A DNA stretch of 64,000 nt from Bugula neritina (lineage: Eukaryota > Animalia > Bryozoa). The position numbers were made by a program, and so were the translations under genes. The stretch lies in assembly GCA_964035545.1 (NCBI GenBank), contig OZ037766.1:15180722-15244721 (forward strand). Reading direction: 5' to 3'. The notes beneath the pieces are model-generated. The model had not been told where the DNA came from. It did no database searches and saw only the letters and a list, made by a program, of their open reading frames with translations. This document shows positions 25,801 through 40,800 of the stretch, piece after piece; position 1 is the first letter of the stretch, and every line of letters starts with the position of its first letter.

Positions 25801-28800
25801 TAGCCAGAGAGAACTGAGGTCTGATGGTCCACTGATAGTTACCAGGTTTTGTCTGACATCAATAAATGATATGACAGCAGCCATTGCAGGTGCAAGAGCT
25901 CTCTCCAAGGCATCTTCTAGAGAGTGTCTAAAATTAGACAATAGAATGCAGTAGCATTTTAAGAACACAGGAATTTTGACAAAGTTAAAGCAAAAATACT
26001 TTAATATGAATTTGTCCGAAATTGTATAAATGTTTATATGATTAATAAACAGTACACAAACATATCCCGATAATTAAATTTATAATAATACCATTATATA
26101 AGGCAGCTAATCTTATAACACCTGGTTATTATGTTATATGTTGTAATAAGAGTAGACAACATGCTCGCAAAAATTTCTCTCATCTTTGCAGTCATAAAAA
26201 CACTAAATTTGACCATAATAACATAATGGGAAAACGTTTTTTAAAGAACACACCACCATAACTTTCGATCATAGAAAACTGTGAAGTGGAACTTTAGCGA
26301 TAGATATTACACTAACAAACCATATAAATAGTAAAACTTAATACCACAAAAGCTCAAAATACATTGAAAGTATGCAATAATCGACTTACCACAAACGTAA
26401 ACGTGAAAAACAGAGAGATTCGCACCTACTTATGCATGCAATAACTAGAGTATCAACTGTTTTATATTCTATTACTAGCACTTTCCCATTACACATTTAA
26501 CTTGTAGACAGCTACATAGAAGTAGAAATAAGATTCATGATAGATATAATAAAACACTGCTAGACTACCTCATAGTTTCAGACTGCTTCATATTGCTAGC
26601 TTTAGCTGCGTCTGCTGTAACCCAGTGGGAGGGGCTAAACTCTTCTTGTTTCTTCAACAATTCATAGACGTGCTTCAAGAAGAGACCAGCAAAATCTGTA
26701 AACCACAAAAAGGAGACCTGATTTTATTGTCATTGCTACATGCTATGAACATAGCAACACCACAGCCTAGGAGCATGAAATATCCACATTTATTCATTAC
26801 CAATACCACTACACATTCAACAGAGTTAAACTTTAATTTGTCATACCTGATAGCTCAGTAAAATAGAAAATTATTCTAAAAAGATAAAAATTCAAGTGTA
26901 TTTCAATATTTGATAAAAAATATTTTGTCTTCCAATAACTTGCTTGCTGAGTAAAACCTACTACTTCTGTTCTACAATTTCAAATAATAAAAAAAATCGC
27001 AACTCAACTTCATGATTTGATGGTCTAAAAATACCAAGTACTAAAATTTACCAACCAATAAGAACAGTTTAAAATACTCATCTAACCAAACTGTTGCAAT
27101 TTCAGATTAGCATAGTAAAAAAGGTATAAATATACTGCCAAATTATTAAAAACCTATAATTAACCTTAACTCGCACCTAAGCTCTTGAATCTATGTTATA
27201 TACTGCGAGTGGAAATGTATTCTAATAGTAGAATGAGTGTCATGTTTCTTGCAATGCACAATTTACGACTAAACAGTATTAATTCTAACATAACTATATG
27301 GTTTAAAATAGATCGCTGAAAACCTACTCGCAGTATGTGACCCATTATGTTTCTTCACTCTTAAAAATACATTCATCAGTTCCCATTATTCAAATCAGTT
27401 ATTGGAACATAAAAATCGCTATAATAATTACATTCCTGCAAACATGTTTTAATTTAAAATCAAACAATAAATTCCCAAAATACAAACATTATACACTGAA
27501 CCTGTACTTTTATTACTAAGTACTTTTTAAACTAGAAATGTAAATACGATTCATTTCTATGAGTGACTAAGTAAGACACTAGCCTTTGTCTTTGGTGAGC
27601 AGTTTCTTCAACAGAGCCACTCTGTCATACTGACAGTCTGCTTTGATAGCAGACACTGCAGCTGGAAGACATTGTATAATAAACAACAACATGTCATCAT
27701 ATGATGCATCTTCACTATCAGTTGATACGGGTTCCTCCGGAGTAGCTCCAGTCTCCTCAGCAGCTACTGGTTCCTCTAGAGTATCACCCTCCTAGAAGAA
27801 ATGAGTAGTTGGTAATTTACCAAAAAATTAGTATGTCTTAAAGACTTATTTTGGCATTAATGAATAATTTATTACATGTACGTAGCAAAAGTATTCCAAA
27901 ATTAATCAGAACATAAATAATGTGAAGTAGAAAAGTTGTTTAGTGTTGACCAAATAATAGCAAAAATCACCTTTTCTATTCACAGCTACATGCTATCAAA
28001 AGTAAGTTGTCTTTAAAAACCCTGACATGAATACAAAATCCACATTTGATAACACAAATTTGAGAATGAAGCTACAGCATCACCAGCTTACATTAATAAT
28101 CATGAAGTCATTGTCGTCATCTTCGTTGTCATCATCATGAGCTGTGACATCAGAGGGAACAGGATGGAGTTGTCTCATCACTTTCTCAATGATACCACTG
28201 GGAGTCAACTTCAAACATTTGCTGAGTGATGGTAGTCTTATCTGTGGTGACTTAGGATCATCAATGTGAACACAACTCCATTTTCCTCCTAGCAAAATCA
28301 TATAAATAGATTTATTTTTCTTTTTTAATATTCAGCAGATTCACAACAAAATATAATCTTTAAAAAACATGAAAAGTATTGCATCCTATATATCATACAT
28401 TAGAATAAAGGAGTTGCAGCACTAACATATAGCGACCAAATAATTTATAAATAATATATGTGTACTATTGAAGCACACGACTCAGCACCATTCACCTGTG
28501 ACTAATATGAATCAGCACAATACCCACCTTGGTACCCTGTGAAGGACTCTCCTCTGGGTAGATTCAGAAGTAGAACTGTGTGTGTTTGAGTAGCTTCATT
28601 TTCACGTAATCCAACTGCAGCCTCACTTTCACGCTGAATGATGAATCTCACCGAGTCGAGTAGTTCTATATTTTCATTAGCAGATTCACACTGAATCAGT
28701 AGGATTTGTGGTTTCTTGTTAACTTTCTCATACTGAGACCTGTAAAACGCAGTCAGTTGACTTATTGTTACAATTGTTATAATATAACACCTGACAATTA

Positions 28801-31800
28801 AAGTACAGCAATGCGTTTAGCCGACACATTGAGTAAGTAAATCACCAGAAATACAGGGATAGTTAAATTTCAGCCACTTATATTGAATTAAACAACAACA
28901 TGCATGCCACAGATTTTAAAAATAGTTTGAAGTAAGTTTAAGCTAAAGTTACTGATTTAAAATTATTAACAATTGTTTTATTTGCTGACTCAAAACTTCT
29001 AACCTGACAGCCTCGGTAAATTGATCTTCTTTCACAAAGTCTTTGAGAAACATGTTTTGTATGTCCAACAGTAGACCAGACTGGCTGAGACTATGAGAGA
29101 GAGATGTGATGTCAGCAACATTCATCAGCTCAGCAAAAGATGTCACCTGGTTATGAAGATGACCAAAGTTGTGTTGGATATTTCATTTATTGCAGTGAAG
29201 TATTATATAAACAAAATTGATTTGTTCTAAATACGTTTCAACAGTATAAAAAAACAAATATATGTATTATAAACAGCAAGCAACCTGAAGAAATATGGAG
29301 GAGTCTCCAGCCATTGGGATCATATGCTGCAGATATTGTAGGAGAGTCTCGTGGTACTGCTCTTCCATGTAAGTATTCTGTATTTGTTTAGCCTCAGATG
29401 CCAGCTGTGTTTTGTTGAGACGTAAAACAGACTCCCCCGTAGCACATTGAAGCAGATGGTATTTGGCACATTCCAGAAGCTGCGTAAACAAGTAGAAAAT
29501 CGTAGTCGAATATTGAAATAAAAAAAGTTTAACACTACAAAAAATTAACAAATCTATATAAAAATGTAATTTATTTATACCTCTGAAGAATTAGATTCTC
29601 CATCAACCTCTTCTGCAGCTTTACGCACAGCCAATGCAGTCGTCTCTGTGCTGTACCCAATGAACGCCGTCTCTGTACTTGAATTCTCAAAGTATTGCCT
29701 ACAAAAGAATATAATACATAAAAATAAATGAAGAGTACAATAATTTGCAAGTCCAAATATATTATTATTACTAATTAAAGTGTAGGCTGTAAAAAGTTTT
29801 AGCTACAATAGACAAAATGATCAGATAATTATTATTGTAATTTAAAAAGTACGTTCACGTTATCAAGATCAAGTAAACAAAATCTAGTAAGAGACTGCCA
29901 GAAGTGTCAACTATCAAAACTGTAAAATTTAATGCAAACAAACGGATTTTAAGTTAAAAATGCCATCTAGTAGTTATTAGTTATTACAAGTCACTCTGAT
30001 TTTTAGTCGTTTAAAAAAGAAAAGAAGACAACATAAAAACAGAATTACCTGTTCTCCAAAGCTACAGAGTCTATCACCCATTCCTCCAGCCGGATTTCTT
30101 CACCACAATCTTCGACGGGGCACTTCCTCTCCATGAGTTCATTTTCAATTTTCTCTTTACAACATGAACCAATGAAGTGCCGTTGACAAGACAGCTTGTA
30201 AGGTCTGGTCAGCTCTGCACCACAACCTTCACATGATGATGGGCATACATTCCTGTGAATAACACACAAGAAGTAAAAATAATCATATTCTGAAAACACT
30301 TGCTAACTACCAACTATGGCTTTTTTCTGGGTTTTTACTATTGCAAAAATAGTTTTCTAACCTGTAAATCAATTGAGGTGCAACAAATTTCTGGGCCCAG
30401 TTCTCCAGCTCTCTCTTCACTTGCTTCTGCTCATCTGTGAGAAGGGAAGTAGCAGAGACATAGTGTTTCTCTAGACGGTTAATGAGAGGAATTGGAAACT
30501 GGGAGTGTACTTTGTTCTTGTCGGCTATCACTACCAATCTGTCGATATATGTACAAACAATAATATATTACACTTCTAACGTAGTGCCGAAACCATCAAG
30601 GTTCTACAGTTAGTAGCGGTATGTTAAAAATAAAAACGTCAATAAAAATCCAGACACAAGGTTAAATCATTAAATGAATATTTTATTAAACTTGAACAAT
30701 AAATCAAGAAGAGCTTTGTGTAAAAATATCTGCTCAATCAGTAAATTGTCTTTCATGTAACTTATAATATACAGCAGGTGAATAACTGAAAACAGTAAAT
30801 CTTTCATACATGCAACAAAACTATGCTATAATAAAAATTTTCCGCTATCACTAGCTACCTGAATTTGTCATCAACAAAAGTCTTGACTCTGTGAGTACCA
30901 AGCCCAAGATCCACAAACTTCTTGTCCCCCCAAGTAGAGAAGTACTGGTTGAGGGCGTCATATAGACTCTCGTACAGATCATCAAGATTGAGTAGGATCA
31001 CAGGTTTACCCATGTCCATGCATGTCTTTATTCTGTAGATGTTGTGACACACCTACACAGATGTTATATTCATGAGATAATTAGTGAAACAAACCATCAT
31101 TAGAATGTTTACTATTGTTTGCATACAAAAATGACCATGTACAGTGTCATTATCTCCCCTCACCTGTGTATATGAAACATCATCTCTGAACTTGCTACCA
31201 AATACTACTTCTGGATGCATGTCTTTAGAGTGAAACTCGGTGAGAATAATACTCAGGACACTCAAGTTCTCAGTCAATATCAGCAGATATCGACTTTCCA
31301 TTCTACAATCACCTATATATGTTTAAACTACTGCATATTTATCATGTTGAAAAAGTATTTGTACTTTTAAAGTATATGTTAGTTAGCATAGACTGTTGAT
31401 GATGGCATTTGACAATTAACTTAGGCCTCAGGCTATCAGCTAAATACTTAGTACTAATACTCTGTAGCGATTCAATACACTTTGAAAAGATGAAATAAGA
31501 ATGTCACTGATGTGAGAAAATGCACTCATGTACACAACAGAGAAAATCTCACACGCATAAATAAAATAAAATATAGAGAAGAAAAAAAGGTAATATAAAC
31601 TGTATGAATAGCGATGGCAAGAACTGGCTCATTCTACCAATAGACAAACTACCTTTCATCAAGACTTAGCAGGACTCACATACTATACTAACTGACCCTT
31701 CAAGAGCTGTATCTTCTCCAGAAAGACTGGATTGAATTAGTCCAATTGAATCCACTGGAGGACGGCCATCTTCCTGTGGCTCCAGATCCTCCATATTGCA

Positions 31801-34800
31801 ATATTTCTCAAAGATCGTCATTGGATTAAATTTTTCAGGATCAAAACCACCAAAGTTTCTGCGTATACTATGCTCAAGCTGGTTTCTGTTTAAAGACTTG
31901 GTGTTGTCAGCAAAGTTCACCACCATCTTCATCAAACTAGATAACACGCAAACAATTTGGAGTATTGTATAATAAGTAATACAAACTGTCAAAATGTTAA
32001 TAGTTACCAAACTTAATACAGAACATTGTAACAAAACAGGTATGCAGCAAAAACTCTAATCACAGACAATAACACAAGACCATGTGTAACACTTTTTTTA
32101 AGAATTGGCAACAAACCTGTAAAAATCTCTCAACCCAAAGAATTCTGTGAGGTCTCTCTCCTCGGGCTTCTTTGCGTCACAAATTTTAAGATAACCATTA
32201 GCCAAGGGGACAATGAAACGACCTACATTAGTGTCTCCGCTTTGTGAACCTCTGCATATTTCCCTAGCAATATACAACTAGATTGAAAGAACAACGTAAT
32301 TTAAAAACAGAACATAATTCTTCATAAAGAAAAAATAAATACTTGGCAATCTGTTCCAACTCCAAAGGTTTAGGAGTTCCTCTCTGGACAAATATGCCAC
32401 GGTTCATCTTGGCTGGATCCAGTGCCCAATTAGAGATGCCAACAAAAGCACACTTCATGTATGGTTCTGGTGTAATACTACTGTCTTCACAACCATCTTC
32501 TAGCAGAGGGTGTAGAGTCTACCAAAGAGTATTCAGTAGTATAGAGTGTGATAAGTCTAAAGCTGAAAAACCAATTTAAAACATTTGCTGGTGCAAGTGT
32601 TGACTACTTTATGACTAGCTTATGAGTTATACCTTAAGAGGCATGTTTTCAGAATCTTCAGCCAATCCGACTTCATCAAGTACCACAACTGAGACAAATG
32701 CATCCAACTCTTGGTCCTTCTGAAAGTTAGCACAGTGATTGAACACACCGACAATTCCAGCTGGTGTAGCGTGTCTGCTGCATTGAAAGGCAGCCATATA
32801 TGCCTAAAAATAGATTATTATAGAACATAGAACACACATTGCGATGTCATGTATACCAGAAAGCAATTGGAATGAGCCATCAATAAAATAATCAAAACAT
32901 CTGAACAATTATTAAAAAAAAACAATATGCAATAATATTCTCCTATAAAAACCTGTTTCATTTCTCTAAAGATAGCACTCTCTGATCTTTTTCCTTTCAT
33001 TGCATCCACAACCATAGCTTTGGACAGAGATTTAGAGCTGCCAGGTTTTCCAACCAGGAAAAGAGGAATTCTATTCTCAATGCAGACAATCATCATGAAG
33101 ACATTTTCTTTCAGAGCTTTGTTCTTAGCAATGTTCTTGTGCACATCTGTGTTCACTACTTCGTTGATGAACATGTCTTGACATCTAAAAATAATTTTGG
33201 TAAATTAAATGGCTCAATACGTAAAAACAATATTGTTGAATGCTGTTTCATGAGATGCTTGAATATACATGTATAGTTAGAAAGAAATCAAACTTTATCG
33301 TTAATAAATGAAGATATTGATACAAAAATGGTACATTATAGCACGACTGTCACAAATTCTAGTACTCAATTTATTAAATGCTAGTAATAGATTAGTCATT
33401 ACTGTACAATATCACACAGTAGTGATTCTTCATAGTAGTTGCTTGCTGTAATGAGATATACATATGTGAGTCATTTTACTTAATTTATTATACACTATAT
33501 ATCTCTAAGTTTTAGCTATTTTTCAGTTAAGCCACTATGTAGGGGAGAGTAGGGATAGTTGAACCACATGCTCTAAATTTTCTCCTTTAAATCATGGCAC
33601 TATTTTACTTCCTTTACTTAAGAGCGTTTCAGGTGAGCTACCAGACATATAGAAATATATAAAATCAAAGCAGAAGTTGTCAGGCTAGCGAGTATTTTTC
33701 ACATCTTTTGCATAAAGAATGAACAAACTAAAAATTGTTTTTTAGAAAAAGTTGCATAACTTCTCAAGTTTTAAGAGCCTAATCAAATAAATTGAGGCAT
33801 GTATTGTCGACATAATTTCAAAGCTGGGCAATGACCTAAAGTTGAAGAGATATCTCATTCACAGCAGATATTGACAATAAATTGTATCGAGACAGAGTGG
33901 GGCTAGTTAAACCACCCAAGAAGTTGGGTGAGTTGAACCAAGTACAACTTGCCCCATTAATTATTTTCACTATGTAAATTATAATTGGGCACACCAGTTT
34001 TTGCATTTAAGTTTATATTTTTCATGATTAAACGTTTTCTGACACCAATACATAAATCCAAACAAACATTTAGTCCTAAACCAAATAAAAATGTAAGTCA
34101 ACAGTGTAATTAAACTATCTGCAAATGTTTTTAGAATGATTCAAAATTTCATGGTAAAAACAAATAGAGAGGAACAGATTAGGAAAACTTAATTGCAGCA
34201 ATGAAGGCAAGGCAGTAGCGGAAATCATCCGCCATTAAGTTGAGAGCATTTAAACAGCCCTCTAAAAAGTTGGTTATGCTCAACCATACCAAGTATTTTC
34301 TAATATCATATGAGAGGACCCTACTTCATATATGTTACTTGTTTATAGATAAATTACAAGAAATCAACATCTGAAAGGTTTCTTACAAGTTTGCTGCTAC
34401 TGCTTCGGTTTTAAAGCGTTTTCTGTATCGCCTATGTATAAGATTTTAAATAGTTACCATGACAGATTACAACCAGAGTTTCTGCCATTTGTTCATTCCA
34501 ATTTATTCTGATTTTTTTAATGATTTTTATTGTCAATCTTCAAGAAATTGTTTTTCAACTTGCAAAAAAGGTAAAACAATTTATATATGGGAAAAATGGT
34601 ACTGGTTCAACATTTCCACGGGGCGGTTCAACCTGCCCCCTACTGGGGCACGTGCCAAAAAACTTACAGTAAAAAAATTAACTCTATCTCAGTAAGTAAA
34701 ATGTTTATATATTTGATTTTAATGGACAAAGACAGCAACATATGACTGATTTTTATGGTGCTGGTCTTTGGATTGGCAAAAAATTTCTTCAAAACCTATG

Positions 34801-37800
34801 CTCAAAACGCGATTTTTATTTCAACTATCCCCACCCTCCCCTATATAGTTTTTTGCATTAAACTGGTAAAATACTAGCAAATACAACTGGATAAGCAAGT
34901 GATTTTTTCTAATTTTGCTTGATTTCCTATGTCTTATCTTAATTTTTAATAATTTAGGATGAAAAAAGCATCACGCCTGCACACCTAAATTATTAAAAAT
35001 TAAAATAAAACATAGGAAATCAAGCAGAATTAGAAAAAAAGCACTTGCTTATTTATCACGCCCGCAAACAAATGTCCTACAAAAAAGCTTTATTCACTAT
35101 ATAAATCAAAATTGATTGTCGAAACAAACAAGTGTTCAACTAGAAGCTTTGACATGTGTATCACATCATTTCCCATACCTTAATAATAAAATAGTATGTT
35201 CTAAAACAGAAAGAGCTCTCTCAATTCTACACGAGCATACATGATTAACAGAGAGCAAGTAACACTGGACTATGCCTTTCTGAGATTTCACACCAATAGC
35301 TAGGTTAACATTACTATCCTGTGACAGCGAAATTGATATGCATTTTGAGGTGTGAGTAATGAGTATGCAAGAACTTAGTATGGTACCTTCAAACAAAAAC
35401 AAATGTAAAAGAAGCAACTAATAAACTCACAGGTCAAGTTGATGGAACAGGAAATCAGAACCAGACATTTTGTAAAAATTCTTGTCTGCTCCACCACCAA
35501 TCAATGTTTCAATTTTCTCTTTCATAAACTCAGCGTAAGCAATTCTAGTTGAGTCCTCCAGCCTTGCCAAGTAGCAAACACCAACAGCCAAGACTAAACT
35601 TCTGGTGGTGTAGTCCTTCTACATAAGTTTATTAGCAGAGATTAACTACTTGTAATTATTATTGCAAATTAATTATATCAGTTAATCATATTACAGAGCA
35701 TTAATTTTGTTTTTATTTCAAAGACAAATGAAAGTCCAACAATCAGACAAAAACTCTTTTGTTCTAGAAAAATATGACCCTGAATAAACTTCAATAAATA
35801 AAACCAAATAGAGTCGGTGTATTTTTCAAACAAATATTAGAGCTTTACTAGAAGTTAAGCTAATTCATATTTCTTCCTTTGATAGCACTTGTTAACAGAA
35901 CATCGAACATACGAGTATTATATTCTTAATGAAGTTTGGTTTTAGCCTGCAAGCCATTATTTGTAGTGAAACATTTCTATATATTTCATCTGAGTGCTGC
36001 TCAGCAAAGGTGATATAGATGAAGATATGAAATATTAAATGATAACAGCTAATGTATATTTCAAGACATTTACATTAGGGTCTATGGTAGCAACTGTGTC
36101 AGCTTGTTCTTCTTCATCATCTGAACCCAATTCATAGCTGGACTCATGAGCCAGTCTATCTATAGCTGGGAAGATATGATTCCTACGACTGTAGAACCAC
36201 CCGGCTACATCCAACAACCTCTGGACATCTCTTAAACTCACAAAGCTACATTCATCCTATGAATACAACAGAAAATATATATGTTCAAACTTGTAGATGA
36301 ATACACAAAGATAAATGCGATTACGAGAATGATTCCACATATGCTAGTAAATATATAATAATATAAATAATATACAATAGTTAAAAATGTGAAGAAAAAT
36401 CATAACATGAACAGTATTGCAATTTTTGGCACAGATGCAATATGCATATAATACATTTTATTAGTTTTACTAGGTTTTACCAAGGTTTCAAAATTCATAA
36501 GTATATTATTTTAATGCTATGCATTTTACAAACCTCTTAAGTTTACCATTTTACATAATGAGTGTATTTTAGTTTTATTTTTTTAGTGCATAAATATATG
36601 TGTGTGCGTGTGTCATGTACCAACTAAAAAGCCAATATTAGCAGTATATACTATATCATATACCTTCTGGTCCCTCATAAAGGCTTGAGTCGAGGCCAGT
36701 ATGGCCGCCATAACTGCTGTTTGATGACCAAAATTGAGTCCATCAGGGTTATTTCTGTTTCCCTGATTCTTTAAAATTTACAAAACATGATGAAAATAAC
36801 CATTAGGTCTAAGCCTTAAATTTCCAACAAATCAAGACAGGATTGGGTTGAACAAATTAAAATATTGACCTGAAAATTATCATCAGCTTTTGCTAACTAG
36901 TACATTAAATATATACTGCTAAACCTGATGTAGCTTTTTTGAAGACCATTGGCAATGTATGTCACTCCATTACTGTCATGCAATATATAAATTTCCATGA
37001 AAATTCTCAACGTATGGATATCAACTTACAAACTTGACAATCATTTGGCGAATGTATGCACTCTCTACATCTCCTTCCTGCATTCCAGGAACTCTCTGTG
37101 GTGCAGCAGATCTCAGAGTACCAAAGTCCCAGACCAGAGGAAGTAAACTCTGTGAGAGAGCCTGAACTCTGTACACCAGATGTCTCATCGGTATCTGACC
37201 TACAAAGAGCATTGGGTAGGACTGTAGAACTGAGTTCTGTTCTTGCAGAAAAAATGAATAACATTTTTATAAAATATGACATACCAAACTTATCTTTCGT
37301 CTCTGATTCACTAATATTGTACCCAAGTCCAGCTTTCTTTAACTTTTCTATCATAGCCTCAGAGTGCCTTAAACAACACAACTTTTGATGCATAAACTGT
37401 GAACACATAATGATTTTCAGAGCAGCTATAATGTTATAAATGACAATTACTTGCAGTAATCTAGCATACCACTTTTCAGACTAAAGGAGAGAATATTTTG
37501 GCTAAAAAAATAAAAATTTCAAGAGCACACTAATGTACTTATTACAGAGCTTGTCTATCAAGTAAAAATGTAACTGAATTACTTTCGGTAGGGGTTACAA
37601 GCTGCTATGATCTTTAGTCCAGATGTTTTGTCTAGAGGTCTCCCTCTCATTCTACCATCACAGAGTATCTCTTTGACTAAACCAATAGCTTCTGTAGTGT
37701 TGGCCTCATCAAAGAACAAGATTGTGTAGATAGTTGGCACCTAGAGTAAAACAATGGCATTACCAAGTACCAACATATTACAAGTATATATAGCTATCCT

Positions 37801-40800
37801 GTATTGATGAGTGGACAGATCCTGTAACAGTTGCTGTACACACATGCTGAAATATAATGCTTCCATCTGATACTGGGAAACAAGTATAATTTGGTTATTA
37901 AGAAATCTGGTGCTCCACTACGGCCAGTAAAACAAATATTTTACATGTATGACTCTTTGTCAATGTGAGTTTAAAAGGTGATTATCATAATTCCTTTAGA
38001 TAAAAAGACTCAACATAACCAATTGAAGCCTTAAAATAGCAGAAAAAGTTTATTATCAGAGGAAAAATAATTTGCTTTACCTTAGCTGAAAATTCAAACA
38101 AATTTAATTTATGCCTAATCCGTAATATCATGTCACATCTAGCCCATGCCCATTGATAGCCTACATAAACAAATTTTTCCATGTAGGTGCAATCATGAAC
38201 TCTTTATGCAACACTCTTAATAGCTACAATCGCATGGGTTTCATTTTATAAGCGTTGAAACAAGTTTGTATACGGTGTTATTCTATTGTATCTTTTTTAC
38301 ATTAATCTATTTTTTACTAAATATCTTGGTGTGTCTGTAAACCTACTATAGTGCAATAGCACAGTAAAAACTGCTAGTAATATAAAATATTTAAATTAAT
38401 AAAAATACTCTAATTCGTAATTTGCAAAGAATATAAAAATACTAAAACTTACTATAACAAGTATACTATATAATAGTAAACAAAGAAGAGATCATTTACC
38501 TGCTTAGAAGCAAACTGGTTAGCATACTCAACACAAATCTGTTGGTTTGCCATTGCCAGATTTTGAGCTTCATTCACTTTCTTGATAATGTCTTCTTCTG
38601 TAGTACCTCCATGGATCTGTGAGAAGCAGAAAATTGAAAAAATGAATGCAACAGGTATACAATACAAGTTGTGCCTAGTTCCACTATTACACTCTAGATC
38701 AGAGGCGGGCAACTGGGGCCCCAGGGGCCACTTCTGGCCCTTTGCCCATTTTCAGTGGACCTTTTAATGCTTAAGATAAGTAAAAGCTGTCATTGTTATT
38801 CTTAGTAGCACAGCATAGGTTTGGTGACAAATTACTTTATTATAATAAAATTTATCATGTGTACAATCATGTGGCCCTTCGTTATGGCTGACTTCTGAAC
38901 TTGGCCCTTATGCAAAAGAAGTTGCCCACCCCTTCTCCAGATCAATAAAACTAATTTCTATAATGACCATGTGACTAGATCTACTGATCATAGACTATGT
39001 AATTCAGAACAGAAAGAAAACCAACAATTTATTTTGCTATAATAGTTGCTTATTTTAAAAATACATAATCATATTACCTTTACAATAATCATGCTTTTGA
39101 TTCTGTGTTTGAGAGCTGTAGGTATTTGCAACTTAGACATGAAGTCAATGAGTTTAGTTTTACCACAACCAGTCTCTCCCATGATTATCACAGGAATGTC
39201 AACCCTGTAAAATAAAATAAGTGGCTATTGCAACAACTGCTAGTCTCGCACAGAACAAATTAACCCTTAATAACAACAATTGGCACAGTTCATATGCAAC
39301 ATGTTCTGTGTATAACTATTTTAATACATACCCAACTTAATGTAGTATGCTAACTACTTAGGTTTAAAATACTCAGCTGGTATTACATCTCAGTATTTAG
39401 GGTATGATTAATAACACAACTTATTCTAAAAATTCAGTGAATTACTCTCTACTCAAACTTTGATTTATTATAAATCCGTATTCCCTCATAGTCTCCAATA
39501 TTTACTTACATGAGTAATTAATGTATCATAACTAATATCTTATCTCAGTATCTGATGTATGACTAATATCTTATCTCAGTATATGATGTATGACTAATAT
39601 CCTATCTTAGTATCTAATGTATGACTAATATCTTATCTCAGTATCTAATGTATGACTAATATCTTATCTCAGTATCTAATGTATGACTAATATCTTATCT
39701 CAGTATCTGATGTATTACTAATATCTTATCTCAGTATATGATGTATGACTAATATCCTATCTTAGTATCTAATGTATGACTAATATCTTATCTCAGTATC
39801 TAATGTATGACTAATATCTTATCTCAGTATCTAATGTATGACTAATATCTTATCTCAGTATATGATGTATGACTAATATCTTCACTTGGCATCTGATGTA
39901 TAAATAATAGTTGGCCTTAGTTTTAGTTGAATGAAAAATATCTTATAATAATCTCAATAATATCAACTAGTGCATATATATTGACATCTTATGTATAAAT
40001 AACATCTAATTTTCAAATTTAAGTGTATAAATAACACCATACCATATGTCTTATCAGTTTAAGGTGGTATATAACGAATGCTCACCGTAGTCTCTGATGT
40101 ATGGCCAGTATTTTCTTGGCATTGTCCATTGTCAGCACATAATTTGGATCTGGGTCATCATGATTCGAAAACATTTCTTCAGGATTGTATACAGTCTTGC
40201 CATCAGGCCCTACTGTTGCTCTTGAAAGCTTTACAGCTTTCACCATGACATTTCTCAGTTTATCCAGTTGAGCTGGTCTGTGAAAAGTAATACATTTACT
40301 AGGAAAATAAAGTAGACATTTGAAGAATAGCACAAAAGTATTGTAAAAATGATATGCACTAACCTGGGAAGTTTATCAAAATCTTCCGACATAGAAAGAT
40401 TATAAAGGTCAAGTGCCCTTTTCAATTCTCGGTTAATGCAGCCTTGCATCAAAATATTTTTTGTTTGACAGTCTACCAGGCTGAAGGGTTGGCCACCTGA
40501 AAATGTTAAAATGTTAAAAGAGTTAAATACCTTACTACAAACCTACAAACTACAAACTGACGTAATAATTCTTATTATCTGTTCTGCACCATCTATAAAA
40601 CATTTATATCTAGCTTGAATAAAATTCGAAACTAAGTATGGAGCAGTATGTAGCAACTATAGCCAAATTTGAAAGGTAAAAACTTTTCAAAACTGATCTA
40701 ATTAAGCTAATTTCATTAACCATATTTTTAGACATAAGCCGTAACAGTTTCAAACAAGTTCTCAAATGAAGATAGAAAATGGCTAGAAATTGTTCGATTT

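Noticed and set aside
27584-28288. Acidic low-complexity insert in RNF213
   Set aside because: An acidic disordered stretch after the VHIDD motif is, to my recollection, also present in vertebrate RNF213.
39531-39901. 31-bp repeat array as a CRISPR array
   Set aside because: Units are head-to-tail with no unique spacers, there are no cas genes, and it lies in a eukaryotic intron.
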